This document shows positions 13,950-23,286 of a stretch of 23,286 nucleotides of DNA, in pieces. A program made the translations under genes and the position numbers. The notes beneath the pieces were generated by a model. The model saw nothing but the letters and a program-made list of their open reading frames with translations, was not told where the DNA came from and ran no database searches. The first letter of the stretch is position 1. Each line of letters opens with the position of its first letter. Source of the stretch: Candidatus Sigynarchaeum calidifontis (GTDB lineage: Archaea; Asgardarchaeota; Lokiarchaeia; Sigyniarchaeales; Sigyniarchaeaceae); contig JAUQYZ020000236.1 in the NCBI GenBank assembly GCA_030587475.2, forward strand, positions 1 through 23,286, written 5' to 3'.

Positions 13950-14045
13950 ATGCACAAGGAAGCGCGCAACCAGCTGAAGACCATGGCGAAGCGCGGCTAC
14001 ATCAAGCGGATCTCCCGGAACACCTACGAGAAGCTCAACGCATGA
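13950..14045 (+). other. 31-aa mini-ORF resembling a wHTH recognition helix + wing (microprotein or gene remnant)
   Basis: My translation: MHKEARNQLKTMAKRGYIKRISRNTYEKLNA*. AGGTGA lies immediately upstream and an in-frame TAA at 13911 blocks extension. Confidence 0.4.
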
Positions 14046-14227
14046 AGTGCCCGGCACGTGCCGTGGCCATCGGTCGCTGTATTTTCGCCTTTCTTTTCCA
14101 AATGCCCCGACACCGAGACACGTTTCACCCGTGTCCGTCACCCGCCACGTGGAATCGCGTGGAAGCATTCATTACCTGGCGCCGCCATCGTGATGCATGG
14201 GTCACGCGAAACTCGCGGGTGCATGCC

Positions 14228-15832
14228 ATGAGCGACAAGCCAGCAAAGCCATCGGAAGGGCCAGGTACCACGCCGGGAGCCCAAGCAAAACCCGCCAAGC
14301 CACGGTCAAAGGCCGCGGAGCAAGTACTCGATTTCGTGAACGCTAACTTCAGCAACGTGTTCTCCAGCACGCATTGGCCATACACGCTGTTGTTCTTCGT
14401 GATGGCGCTTTTCATCGCCATCTTGCGTTTTTTCGAGGGCTCGTTGCTGTTCGCGCTTTACGTGGCGACGTCTCTCGTGTTCACGTTTTTCGTCTTGTTC
14501 GTGCTCGCGAGCCTGGACTCGTCGGCCCCGCTCGTCCTGGAAGGGCCAAATTTCAAGAAATTGCTGGTATTCATGGTGCTCTTTGCCATTTCTGTTGGTC
14601 TCACGGCGCTTGCATTCTACGGGAGCGAGAGTTTTCCCGTGCAATACCAGCTCGACACGATGCTTCCGATCTTGTACATGCTCCTTTTCTTCGGGTGGAA
14701 CGTTATTCAAATCTTCTTCATCAAGAAAGGCTTCGAAGCCATGTCTGCAAAGATCGAACAGAAGGCATTCAAGGGGGAGACATCGATCGAGGGAAAGAAA
14801 GACAAGGGCGTCGCGTTCCTCGTGCTCGGCATCGCCGTGCCGGCCGGCATGTTCGTCGGTATCGTCGCGCTGCTCTTCCACGACGCGAGTAGTTCGGGCT
14901 ACTTGCTCTGGAACGACCCGCTCGGGCAAGTCATCTTCATCGCCTGGCTCGCCGGGATGGTCATCCTGCTCGCCGCGGCGTCGTTCAACGCCGCGGTCCT
15001 TTTCAAGCAGACCACGAAGCACGAGACGCCGTCCGTGTTCTCCTCGTTCGTCCACATGCTCTTCTTCGTCTATATCTTGTATCGATCGTACCAGTTCATC
15101 AACGCGCTCGGCAATTCTTTCCAGGATCCGAACCAGGCGAATTATTGGGCGAGCGACTTGCTCGACGCGTGCATCATGGTGCTGACCTTGCTCTTGCTCT
15201 TCAAGGGGCTCGGGTCGAAGCTGTCCCGGGCGTCGCTGTTCACCAGGAAAAATCTCCCCTTCATGACGTTCTTGTTCTCGTCGGCAGTTATCATGGGCAA
15301 CATGGTACTCGTGCTGGGCATCCAGGTCGGCGGGGCGACCGTGCAAGTGCCCCAGGCGGTCGTGAGCACGGTCAACGCGTTCATGATGATGGCGGTCGCC
15401 GTGATATACTATTTCTTGTACTTGAAACGGGCGCTCGCGCAGCGGGACCAGCTGGAGAAAGACACCTACACGCTGCACGAGGTGCAGCGGTTGTTCGTCG
15501 AGTACACGGACACGCTCGCGGGGCGATTCGCCATGGCGAAAGCGGGGCTTCGGGACGAGCTGGAGCGATTCTTGCTCGCGCACGAGATCGACGTGCCCGC
15601 GCCCGACCGCGGGGCACTCGCCGCGCAACCGGGCTCGCAGACGCCGCCAGCCACGTGTAACATGCCCGCCGCTCCTGCAGCCTCCGCCACCACTACTGGT
15701 GCGGCGACGGCGGAGAAGAAATCGAGCGAACCCGCGCCGTCGCCCGCGCTCAAGCGTGAGGACAAGCCCGTCGCGAGTAAATATCCACTCGAGCAGCCCA
15801 AGAAAGTCGACGACGATAGTGAAAAGAAATAA
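14228..15832 (+). CDS. Hypothetical polytopic membrane protein (~10-11 TM) with disordered termini
   Basis: Repeated long hydrophobic segments. ATG 14228 (MSDKPAK) is preferred because the upstream extension looks non-coding. Confidence 0.8.
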   Translation: MSDKPAKPSEGPGTTPGAQAKPAKPRSKAAEQVLDFVNANFSNVFSSTHWPYTLLFFVMALFIAILRFFEGSLLFALYVATSLVFTFFVLFVLASLDSSAPLVLEGPNFKKLLVFMVLFAISVGLTALAFYGSESFPVQYQLDTMLPILYMLLFFGWNVIQIFFIKKGFEAMSAKIEQKAFKGETSIEGKKDKGVAFLVLGIAVPAGMFVGIVALLFHDASSSGYLLWNDPLGQVIFIAWLAGMVILLAAASFNAAVLFKQTTKHETPSVFSSFVHMLFFVYILYRSYQFINALGNSFQDPNQANYWASDLLDACIMVLTLLLLFKGLGSKLSRASLFTRKNLPFMTFLFSSAVIMGNMVLVLGIQVGGATVQVPQAVVSTVNAFMMMAVAVIYYFLYLKRALAQRDQLEKDTYTLHEVQRLFVEYTDTLAGRFAMAKAGLRDELERFLLAHEIDVPAPDRGALAAQPGSQTPPATCNMPAAPAASATTTGAATAEKKSSEPAPSPALKREDKPVASKYPLEQPKKVDDDSEKK

Positions 15833-15855
15833 AGGCTCTTCCTCTCCGCGCGTTA

Positions 15856-16743
15856 TCATTGCGTGAGAAACGACTCCGCGAACTTCTTCAGCGCGTCGCA
15901 CGTGATCGCCAATTGCTTGGCATGCGTTCGTTTCTCCTCGGGACTCCCCGCCGCGAGCAACGCGGCGACGTGCGTGCGCTCCAGGTCGAGGACCTGGCGG
16001 CAAAAATCGAGGTCGCTCGTGGCGCCGATGCCCTCCATGGCGGCACGGAGGGCCGCCAGGGCTTGCTCTTGCTTCATTAGGTTCATCGTGCTCGTGCTGA
16101 GGACCCGGTACTGCTCGAGCAGGAGTAGGCGCGGGATAACTTCCGCCGCTATCCTGGTCGTCGAGTACACGGAATACTCGCCTGAAACCTTGTTCCTGCT
16201 GAATGACTTGGTTAAAAGGCCCCCCGCTTCGAGTTTCCCGAGATGTGACGCCACGGCGCTCTTCTCTAGGTCCGTGATGGCTGCCACGCGGGAAAATGAT
16301 AGCGACCCGCGCGCGATCATGTACCGGACGAGCCCGAAGCGCAGCGGGTTGGCCAACGCCTTGAGCATCGGCAAGCGGGCCGTGGATCCCGAGGTCGCGA
16401 TCACCTCGATGAGCTGCTTGCCAAAGGGTGTCAATTCGTACATTGAATAGGTACCGCTTGGATGGGTCTTTTTGTCGCCATCTGCATCTGGTGTGATCGA
16501 TAGAGAAGCCCTCTTTTGATCGTGCCATTGATTGTAGAGGATGCCGGCATCTTCGAGTTGTAGCAACTGCGGAACAAGCGCGCCATTCTCGGATTGCGTG
16601 GCATTGCCGAGATATGTGAGGGATTGCTTGCCTTTCTCCAAAAGTATTGCTATCGAGAAGCGGCGGGGATTTTGAAGCGCTTTAATCGCGGAAATGATGG
16701 TATCTGGTATTTCTTTTATGAGATTTTCAAGTTCTTTATCCAC
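15856..16743 (-). CDS. Tandem ArsR-type winged-HTH transcriptional regulator
   Basis: Two repeats: IKALQNPRRFSIAILL...QLEDAGIL...YSMYELT and LKALANPLRFGLVRYM...SHLGKLEAGGLL...YSVYSTT, plus a helical C-terminal extension. Confidence 0.85.
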   Translation of the reverse strand: MDKELENLIKEIPDTIISAIKALQNPRRFSIAILLEKGKQSLTYLGNATQSENGALVPQLLQLEDAGILYNQWHDQKRASLSITPDADGDKKTHPSGTYSMYELTPFGKQLIEVIATSGSTARLPMLKALANPLRFGLVRYMIARGSLSFSRVAAITDLEKSAVASHLGKLEAGGLLTKSFSRNKVSGEYSVYSTTRIAAEVIPRLLLLEQYRVLSTSTMNLMKQEQALAALRAAMEGIGATSDLDFCRQVLDLERTHVAALLAAGSPEEKRTHAKQLAITCDALKKFAESFLTQ

Positions 16744-17335
16744 GGTTCTCCATTCACGGTATCGGCTAAATTAAATGCAACTCGATGGCAGTCTACTAGG
16801 GCTGTCAAGGGTCAAGACATGCCATGTAATATGATGATCCATGTCTGGATAAACTTTTTCATACCCAAGTTTGAAAACCGGTTTGGAATTAGGAATTTTC
16901 GATCATCAATTCCTTTGGGTCCCCTCGACAAGCCTTCCAAGCATGTTATAGCGCGAGTGCATCGCCGCGGTGCAAGGGAAAATTTTAATGGCTCTTTGGC
17001 GGGATAGACTATTATACGTGGCTGATAGGGCGTTTGGAGTCATTATATAACAATTCAACCATGCCCTTAGAACCATGCCTCTTGCTAGTATGCGTGAAGA
17101 CCTCGTTTTAGCCGTTTTTATCGCTTCCCGGTTCAACGATGTATCCTTAGATCCTTACTCGCCAACCACTACTTGCAGATCGTGTCGGGAGAGAAGGTTA
17201 ACCGATCAGTACCTTTACGCCATCGTAAAAGTTGGCTTGGATGAACGTACACGGCGTAACCAAACCCAAGAAGTCATTCTCGATTGCGAGCGAAAAGGCT
17301 ATATTCTTGAGTTCGGCCAGACCTACTGACAGAAT

Positions 17336-17542
17336 ATGAAGGAGATCATTTTCATCGTAGAAGAATCACCCGAAGGCGGCTATGAAGCAAGGGCATTGGA
17401 AGCCTCCATCTTTACCGAAGCCGATTCTCTTCAAGAATTGAGGGAATCGATCAAGGATGCCGTGAGATGCCATTTCGATGAGAAGGATGCGCCTCGAATC
17501 ATCAGATTGCATTTCGTGAAGGAAGAGGTCATCATAGCTTGA
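17336..17542 (+). CDS. hicB: HicB-like antitoxin (short form, no DNA-binding domain)
   Basis: EIIFIVEESPEGGYEARAL..SIFTEADSLQELRESIKDAVRCHF pattern; TTGA overlap with hicA. Confidence 0.85.
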   Translation: MKEIIFIVEESPEGGYEARALEASIFTEADSLQELRESIKDAVRCHFDEKDAPRIIRLHFVKEEVIIA

Positions 17543-17783
17543 AACTTCCACGTGATGTAAGCAGGGGCCGGTTAGCACAACTATTAGGGAAATATGGCTT
17601 TGAGATTACTCGGCAACTGGAAGCCACATTCGACTTACCACGATGCTAAAGGGCGAGTACTATATCACCATCCCGAACCATGATCCCTTGAAAATCGGGA
17701 CCTTTAACAATATTCTTTCGGAAATTGCGCGATATTTAGAAATCGAGAAAGAACGGTTAATCGCCGAAATATTCGGAAAATAA
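17539..17783 (+). pseudogene. hicA: HicA mRNA-interferase toxin, frameshifted by a 1-nt deletion
   Basis: The TTG frame gives MKLPRDVSRGRLAQLLGKYGFEITRQ. Adding one A at 17615-17616 restores TGSHIRLTTMLKGEYYITIPNHDPLKIGTFNNILSEIARYLEIEKERLIAEIFGK* (81 aa). Confidence 0.88.
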
Positions 17784-17937
17784 CACGCGCCTTGCTGGCA
17801 TCGCATCTTAAATGCAGCGGCAGGCGACGAGAGATATTGCTGGTATTGTGGCTAATCGCTCGCCAGAAGCACCCAATCCTTCTATGAAGTACCCACCATA
17901 AGATGAAACTTATCCGAGCAGTACCTTTATTGCACCC

Positions 17938-18693
17938 ATGGACGCGGCCTGGATCTTGCTTTTCTTGTTTCTCGCTATGTTCCTCGGCGCGGCGTTCGGC
18001 TTCGGGGACGCGCTCGTCCTCATCCCGTTCTTGACCTTGATCGTGGCCGTCCAACCATCGATCGTTCTCGCGACGTGTTGGGGCATCTTGCTCAACCTGA
18101 TGAACGCGGTGAAGTATCGCGCCTTCATCGACAAGCCTTTCTTGAAAAAAACCATCCCGATCGGCCTCGTGGCCACCATCGCGGGATCGCTCCTGATAGG
18201 CATCGTTCCCGTGGCGTGGATCGAGATCTTGCTTGGGGTGTTCATCGCTTGTTACGTCACCTTCAAGGCTCGCATCTTGGTCCGAGAAAAGCTTCGCGGC
18301 CACGTCCACGGCCCCCTCGCGCCCGCATGGCTGTACGCGGGCTCGGCAGGCTACGGTTTCCTTGGCGGCTTGATAGGAGCATCCGGGCCTGTCTTCGTCG
18401 TGCTCCTGGAACGCACGAACCATGAGCGCGAGGCCTTCATAGAAAATTTTGCCTTCAACTCGCTCGTTCTCACGGCTTTCAAGATTGGCATTTATTTAGG
18501 TGCGGGGTTATTTCCCGTCGATCTCTGGCCCGTGTTCCTCGCCGGCCTCCCCATCACGTACATCGCGACGCGATGCGGCCATTGGATAACCCTCAAGATC
18601 CCCAAGGAAAAGTTCCTCGCCGGCATCCTGGTCATCCTGGCCGCCATGGCTGCCCGGTTCATCGTGATGGCAATAATGGCGTTTATCGATTGA
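17938..18693 (+). CDS. TSUP (TauE/SafE) family sulfite exporter-like permease
   Basis: GAAFGFGDALVLIPFL and GFLGGLIGASGPVFV internal-repeat motifs; ~8 TM; 251 aa. Confidence 0.88.
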   Translation: MDAAWILLFLFLAMFLGAAFGFGDALVLIPFLTLIVAVQPSIVLATCWGILLNLMNAVKYRAFIDKPFLKKTIPIGLVATIAGSLLIGIVPVAWIEILLGVFIACYVTFKARILVREKLRGHVHGPLAPAWLYAGSAGYGFLGGLIGASGPVFVVLLERTNHEREAFIENFAFNSLVLTAFKIGIYLGAGLFPVDLWPVFLAGLPITYIATRCGHWITLKIPKEKFLAGILVILAAMAARFIVMAIMAFID

Positions 18694-19001
18694 ATCTCCC
18701 TCCAAGAATGAGACGTTTCGAGGTTACCGGACCTTTATATTTAATGCGACAGCGGAACGCGACCGCGCGTGAGACGATGATTTAGCGATTTTTCTCGCGA
18801 CGCCACGCGCATATGCGCGACTATCAAGGAGCTTGTTTGCAAGAGAAATCAACGGCAGCGCTCGCAAGCTCTTCCATTCGCATCCAGATGCCGATGAATC
18901 TGATGCCATCCGATGTTCTAGAATCTTACTGGTGGCTTTATTACACCCGGCATAGCTGGATGAATAAATTCAACAACAACCAGACGGGGAATGAACTGTT
19001 T

Positions 19002-20933
19002 ATGATCACGCAGCAGGGGCGCGGGAGCAAGATAACGACCTTCATGATGCGGTTGTACTGCCTGGCGAGTGCCATCCTCGGCGGCACGTGGTGCTTCGGC
19101 CTCGCCGGCACGATGTGGACCTATCCGGGCATCTTCACCATGGAGCCGTGGTACCAGCTCGTCCTCGGCATCTTGCTCGCTGCCAGCTCGCTGTATGGCT
19201 ATTTCCTGGCTAACCACCGCGTGGTCGCCATCGTGCTCGTTCCCGCCGCCGTGTACGAGGTCGCCGAGATGATCTACACCCCCTACATCCGCTTGAACCG
19301 CGCGTTCGGGGCGTGGCAATTCTTTGCCGTCGTGCAATCCATGTATGGAATATTGCTTCTCACCGGCGCGGTCTTCGTGATCCTCCACGTTATCTTCGTC
19401 ACCGTCAATCGGTTCAAGGATCACTTTCGAACGGTTGGCCGTAGAACACTTGGCGGGCTAGTTGCAAAAAGTAATGCGATATTTGTTGATAACATGAAGA
19501 AATTCAAGTTGATTCACCTCTCTTTTCTATGCATCATCGCGGGAAGCGGCCTCCTCGCGACCGCCCTCGTGAACAACTGGTTCATCCCGCCCGATGCGTC
19601 AATTACCCTTCACCCTGGAAACTACCACGTGCGGTTCCAATTTTATGGTGATGCCACGTATTCCCACTACAACACGAGCGAGCTGGCATCGATGAGCGCC
19701 CTCGGCGTGCGCATCATCACCGGCATCCCAATTTTCATCACGTACGACGAATATCGTTCTGATCCTTACATGTGGTGGATGAACCTTACGGATTACATGC
19801 AAACCCTCGATTACCAGAGCAACCGTGACGCCATCATCAACATGTTCTCGCCTTGGAAAGCCGGCGCGCCGAATGTCACGTTCTTGTGCGCGTTGTGGGG
19901 CATCCCGTCCGGCTTTCCCACTGATTATTCTGCAACCGCTGGGTATTGGGGCGTCGGAGCAATGCTATTGAATGCCTGGCTTACAGCCGGGGTCATCGTT
20001 GAAGCTAACTTGACCAACGTGGTCGGGTTCCACACGGATCAAGAAAGTTTCGCAGACGGGTATGAGCCTATTAATGGCGTGTCGAACGTGACCCTCGGCG
20101 AGGAACGAAACTTCGAGCGCAACGCGCAAGCACGGCAAAACTACCTGGCTTTCTTCAACCGGTTGCGATATTACGAGAAAACAAACGCTACCTGGGCGGC
20201 GTTCGTGGACTCGATGAACCGAACACACGGTATTGATCATATCTTGTTCACGACGACCTATGGCGACATGTTCGTGAACGATGGTCTCGATAATGACTGG
20301 GACATGGACGTGTTCGGGATGAACGTCGTGAACACGCTGCCTTACGACGAGTTCCTGCCAATGCTATACCACCAGAGCCGCTTCCCGCCAGATAACGCGC
20401 ACTACGCGCTCTATTTCCAGATGAAAAAGCACCAAGCGACATTGAGGAAAGCCGGGTATCCCGATCGTATTGGAGCCCTTCTCGGTTGCATGGGCACGAA
20501 GGATAGCATGTTCACGCCCGGATTTAACGGCACGCAGTTCGTCGATGGCATGCAGCAACCCGCGAATGGATTCGACGTGATCGCCCGCCAGGTCATGATC
20601 GTCAAGGCTTTCAATTGCACGTGGGTGTCGTTCTTCCCCCAGAATTCCTACGCCGATCAAGATATCAATGGTTTCTGGGACACGTTCGGCCACGATTTCA
20701 TCGAACAATTGAATGCCACGGTCAACGGGCCCGGTTCGGCCGCCCCGTTTCGCATCAAGTTCTGCCCCGACGTCGCCGGCATGAACATCGACCTGGCGCG
20801 GGACGTGTTCTTGTCCGACGGATGGGCGTGGTTCTACTTGATCGCCTTGATCTCAGCGTTGTGCGTGGTTTCTTTCCACCAGGCCTTCAAGCGGCGCGTG
20901 GTGGCGGCGGATGGGCCATCACATGGCCCGTGA
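19002..20933 (+). CDS. Membrane protein with ~5 N-terminal TMs, large extracellular glycosylated (possible GH18-like TIM-barrel) domain and C-terminal TM
   Basis: Hydrophobic segments at both ends and about 10 N-X-S/T sequons. VVGFHTDQE and YDEFLPMLY resemble GH18 beta4/beta6 motifs. Start at ATG 19002 or 18960 rather than 18813. Confidence 0.7.
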   Translation: MITQQGRGSKITTFMMRLYCLASAILGGTWCFGLAGTMWTYPGIFTMEPWYQLVLGILLAASSLYGYFLANHRVVAIVLVPAAVYEVAEMIYTPYIRLNRAFGAWQFFAVVQSMYGILLLTGAVFVILHVIFVTVNRFKDHFRTVGRRTLGGLVAKSNAIFVDNMKKFKLIHLSFLCIIAGSGLLATALVNNWFIPPDASITLHPGNYHVRFQFYGDATYSHYNTSELASMSALGVRIITGIPIFITYDEYRSDPYMWWMNLTDYMQTLDYQSNRDAIINMFSPWKAGAPNVTFLCALWGIPSGFPTDYSATAGYWGVGAMLLNAWLTAGVIVEANLTNVVGFHTDQESFADGYEPINGVSNVTLGEERNFERNAQARQNYLAFFNRLRYYEKTNATWAAFVDSMNRTHGIDHILFTTTYGDMFVNDGLDNDWDMDVFGMNVVNTLPYDEFLPMLYHQSRFPPDNAHYALYFQMKKHQATLRKAGYPDRIGALLGCMGTKDSMFTPGFNGTQFVDGMQQPANGFDVIARQVMIVKAFNCTWVSFFPQNSYADQDINGFWDTFGHDFIEQLNATVNGPGSAAPFRIKFCPDVAGMNIDLARDVFLSDGWAWFYLIALISALCVVSFHQAFKRRVVAADGPSHGP

Positions 20934-20940
20934 GCTGCGC

Positions 20941-20980
20941 CATTTCTTTTTTTCCATTGAAAAAGAAGAAAATCTTCATC
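20941..20980. terminator. Bidirectional T-tract terminator between convergent genes
   Basis: TTTCTTTTTTT on + followed by GAAAAAGAAGAAAA (T-tract on -). Confidence 0.5.
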
Positions 20981-22327
20981 CTATGGGCTCTTGATGAAGC
21001 CACTCTTCATGCTCGCGGCGACCATGTCTCGCGACCGCTTGATGACCGATGCAGCGTGATCGAGGAGTTCCTGCCGGGTTCTCTTGAGCCGCGCGACGCC
21101 TTGCTCCATGGCCTTCATGGCCACGGCGACGGCTTCGCGCGGGAAGAGGTCCCACTCGTCCATGGTCGGCACGATGTATCCCGGGTTCAAGTTTCCCTTC
21201 TCCTCGGCAACCTTAGCGATCTCGTGGGCCGCGGCGATGCACATCTCGTCCGTGATCGTGCGGGCCTGGACATCGAGCGTGCCGCGGAAGATCGCCGGGA
21301 AGCCTAGCGAATTGTTGATCTGGGAATGGCCCTCGAAATCGGAGCGGCCGGTGGCGAACACCTTCACTCCCGCGTCGATGGCTTCCCACGGCCACATCCC
21401 CGGAATGGGATTCTCGCATGCGAACACGATGCTGTTCGAGGCCATGTCCTTGATCTCGGAGATCTTGAGGGCACCAGGACCATTGGCACCGTACGATATG
21501 AGCACGTCCGCACCCTTTAAAGCCCTCGCCAACTGGCCAGACATGCAACCGGGGTTCGTTTGCATCGCCAGGTCGTACTTGTAGGGCTCCGGAGACTTGA
21601 GCGACTCGTCGTTGCGGGACAAGATGCCCTTCGAGTCGGTGAAGATCGCGTGCTCGGGCTTCACGCCCGCGGCCACGAGAAGCTTGAAGATGGCCACGTT
21701 CGCGGCACCGGCGCCGTTGAGAACGACTTGCACTTCATGGATCTTCTTGCCCACGATCTTGAGCGCGTTGATGAGCCCCGCAAGCGTGATTGCAGCCGTG
21801 CCTTGCTGGTCGTCGTGGAACACGGGGATCTGCATCGCGGGATCCTTGCGCAGCGTATCGAGGATGTAAAAGCAATCTGGCTTCTCGATGTCTTCGAGGT
21901 TGATCCCGCCGAAGCTCGGCTGCATCATGCGGACGGCCTCGATGACCTTGTCTGGATCCTTCGCATCGAGACAGATGGGAACCGCATCGACCCCGCCTAG
22001 ATATTTGAACAAGAGGGCCTTGCCTTCCATCACGGGCATCGCGGCCAGCGGCCCGATGTTCCCGAGCCCGAGCACGCGGGTGCCGTTCGACACGACGGCG
22101 ATCGTGTTCGCCTTGTTCGTGTGCTCGAAAGCCCTTTCTGGATGGTCCTTGATATCGAGGCACGGCTTGGCAACGCCCGGCGTGTACCAGATCGAGAAGT
22201 CGTCGAAGTTCCTCAAGCAGCACTTGATGCCCGTCTCGATCTTTCCCTTGTAAAACGGGTGCAACCGCAGCGCGTCGGCGCCCGGTTTCCTCGCTTTCTC
22301 CAGCAGCTCTTCTTTCGTCAGCACCAT
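20981..22327 (-). CDS. NAD(P)-dependent malic enzyme (small prokaryotic type)
   Basis: YTPGVA, NGTRVLGLGNIG, MEGKALLFK, GGINLEDI, FHDDQQGTA, NGAGAA, ATGRSD, QINNSLGFPAIFRG. Confidence 0.97.
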   Translation of the reverse strand: MVLTKEELLEKARKPGADALRLHPFYKGKIETGIKCCLRNFDDFSIWYTPGVAKPCLDIKDHPERAFEHTNKANTIAVVSNGTRVLGLGNIGPLAAMPVMEGKALLFKYLGGVDAVPICLDAKDPDKVIEAVRMMQPSFGGINLEDIEKPDCFYILDTLRKDPAMQIPVFHDDQQGTAAITLAGLINALKIVGKKIHEVQVVLNGAGAANVAIFKLLVAAGVKPEHAIFTDSKGILSRNDESLKSPEPYKYDLAMQTNPGCMSGQLARALKGADVLISYGANGPGALKISEIKDMASNSIVFACENPIPGMWPWEAIDAGVKVFATGRSDFEGHSQINNSLGFPAIFRGTLDVQARTITDEMCIAAAHEIAKVAEEKGNLNPGYIVPTMDEWDLFPREAVAVAMKAMEQGVARLKRTRQELLDHAASVIKRSRDMVAASMKSGFIKSP

Positions 22328-22457
22328 GATCGTGACAGCTCGCGGGATGGTTCGTACCCGGTAATTGCATCCGTGAACGCAAATTCAAATGGCTTGTGCA
22401 TGACTTTTTTTGTCCCCCCGGCGCAGTATCGAGCGAAGGCAAGCGACGGTGCTTATC

Positions 22458-23246
22458 ATGATTTTGGACGACGACGAGATCGCGTCGCGCGTGTTCTTTC
22501 CACGACGGGAGCGGCCACCTCGCGAGGTGCCCGGCAAGCTCCAGGTGCTCTCGTTTCCCTACTCCCCCTCGGGCAAGATCGGCGGTTTGTTCTTCACGCG
22601 CGATCCCGCCCTCCCGACCATGCTCTTGTTCCATGGCAACGGCGAGATCGTGAACGATTACATCCACGCAGCGCCGGAATACATGGCTTGCGGGGTGAAC
22701 CTCGCCGTGGCCGATTACCGCGGGTATGGCTTTAGCGACGGGTCGCCATCGTTCGGCGCGCTGCTCGAGGATAGCCATGTCGTTTACGATGGCGTGCGCG
22801 AGCACCTCCGGGCGCACGGGTTCGACCCCCGCATCGTCATGTTCGGCCGGTCGCTCGGCAGCGCGTGCGCGGCAGAAATCGGCGCGGGACGCCCGCCAGA
22901 CCTGAAAGGCATCATCTTCGAGAGCGGATTCGGCGACTTGTTCGACATCATGAACCGGCTGTTCGGGGTCGGCGTGCTCATGGGCATCACGCGTGACAAG
23001 CTGGTGCGCTGGTCGAACGACACGAAGATCAAGCAGTTCACGGCTCCCGTTCTAGTGATCCACGGTACCGAGGATTTCATCATCCCCGTGACTGAAGCCG
23101 ACGTGATCTACAATTCGGTTCCCGATGGCGTGCCCAAGCGAAAAGTGATCATCGAGGGTGCGGGGCACAACGACATCCTCATGTGGGCGGACGAGTACTT
23201 CCCGCCGATCAAGCAATTCATCGAGGAAATCTCTGGACGCCCTTGA
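22458..23246 (+). CDS. Alpha/beta hydrolase, BEM46/ABHD13-17-like
   Basis: FHGNGE, DYRGYG, nucleophile elbow GRSLG, IHGTED, GAGHND (Ser-Asp-His triad). Confidence 0.92.
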   Translation: MILDDDEIASRVFFPRRERPPREVPGKLQVLSFPYSPSGKIGGLFFTRDPALPTMLLFHGNGEIVNDYIHAAPEYMACGVNLAVADYRGYGFSDGSPSFGALLEDSHVVYDGVREHLRAHGFDPRIVMFGRSLGSACAAEIGAGRPPDLKGIIFESGFGDLFDIMNRLFGVGVLMGITRDKLVRWSNDTKIKQFTAPVLVIHGTEDFIIPVTEADVIYNSVPDGVPKRKVIIEGAGHNDILMWADEYFPPIKQFIEEISGRP

Positions 23247-23286
23247 AAATGAAAATGAAAAAAAAAATATGGAAATTACTTTTTTC

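Noticed and set aside
17075-17329. 84-aa ORF upstream of hicB
   Set aside because: No recognisable motif; it may be a decayed gene remnant but cannot be supported.
1-23286. tRNA, rRNA, IS elements, integrases
   Set aside because: No cloverleaf, rRNA-like or transposase/recombinase signatures were recognised by eye.

Overview
GC-rich chromosomal window that looks archaeal (TATA/BRE-like promoters, T-tract terminators) and is probably from an Asgard (Lokiarchaeia-like) genome; that assignment is inferred mainly from a gelsolin-domain protein. Genes in order: CinA/MoeA-like protein, gelsolin-domain/coiled-coil protein, DUF167, YkgJ-type CxxCxxCC protein, divergent ParM/Ta0583-type actin-fold ATPase, two dolichol/phytol/Dgk1-type CTP-dependent kinases flanking a 983-aa two-TM repeat glycoprotein whose C-terminal domain lies beyond an in-frame TGA, a Pro/acidic protein ending EWDPW, a second YkgJ protein, an RHH-DUF5678-retropepsin fusion, a polytopic membrane protein, a double ArsR-type wHTH regulator, hicB plus frameshifted hicA, a TSUP exporter, a membrane-anchored GH18-like protein, malic enzyme and an alpha/beta hydrolase. 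The most striking unexplained signal is non-coding. At 10826-11230, six GCGCC/GGCGC pentamers lie exactly 80 bp apart, three in each orientation with dyad symmetry about 11028. They span a ~80% AT core and are followed by a 53-bp tandem duplication. This is a candidate centromere-like, origin or chromatin-organising element, and it sits near cytoskeletal genes. All family calls come from motif recognition by eye; no searches were run.
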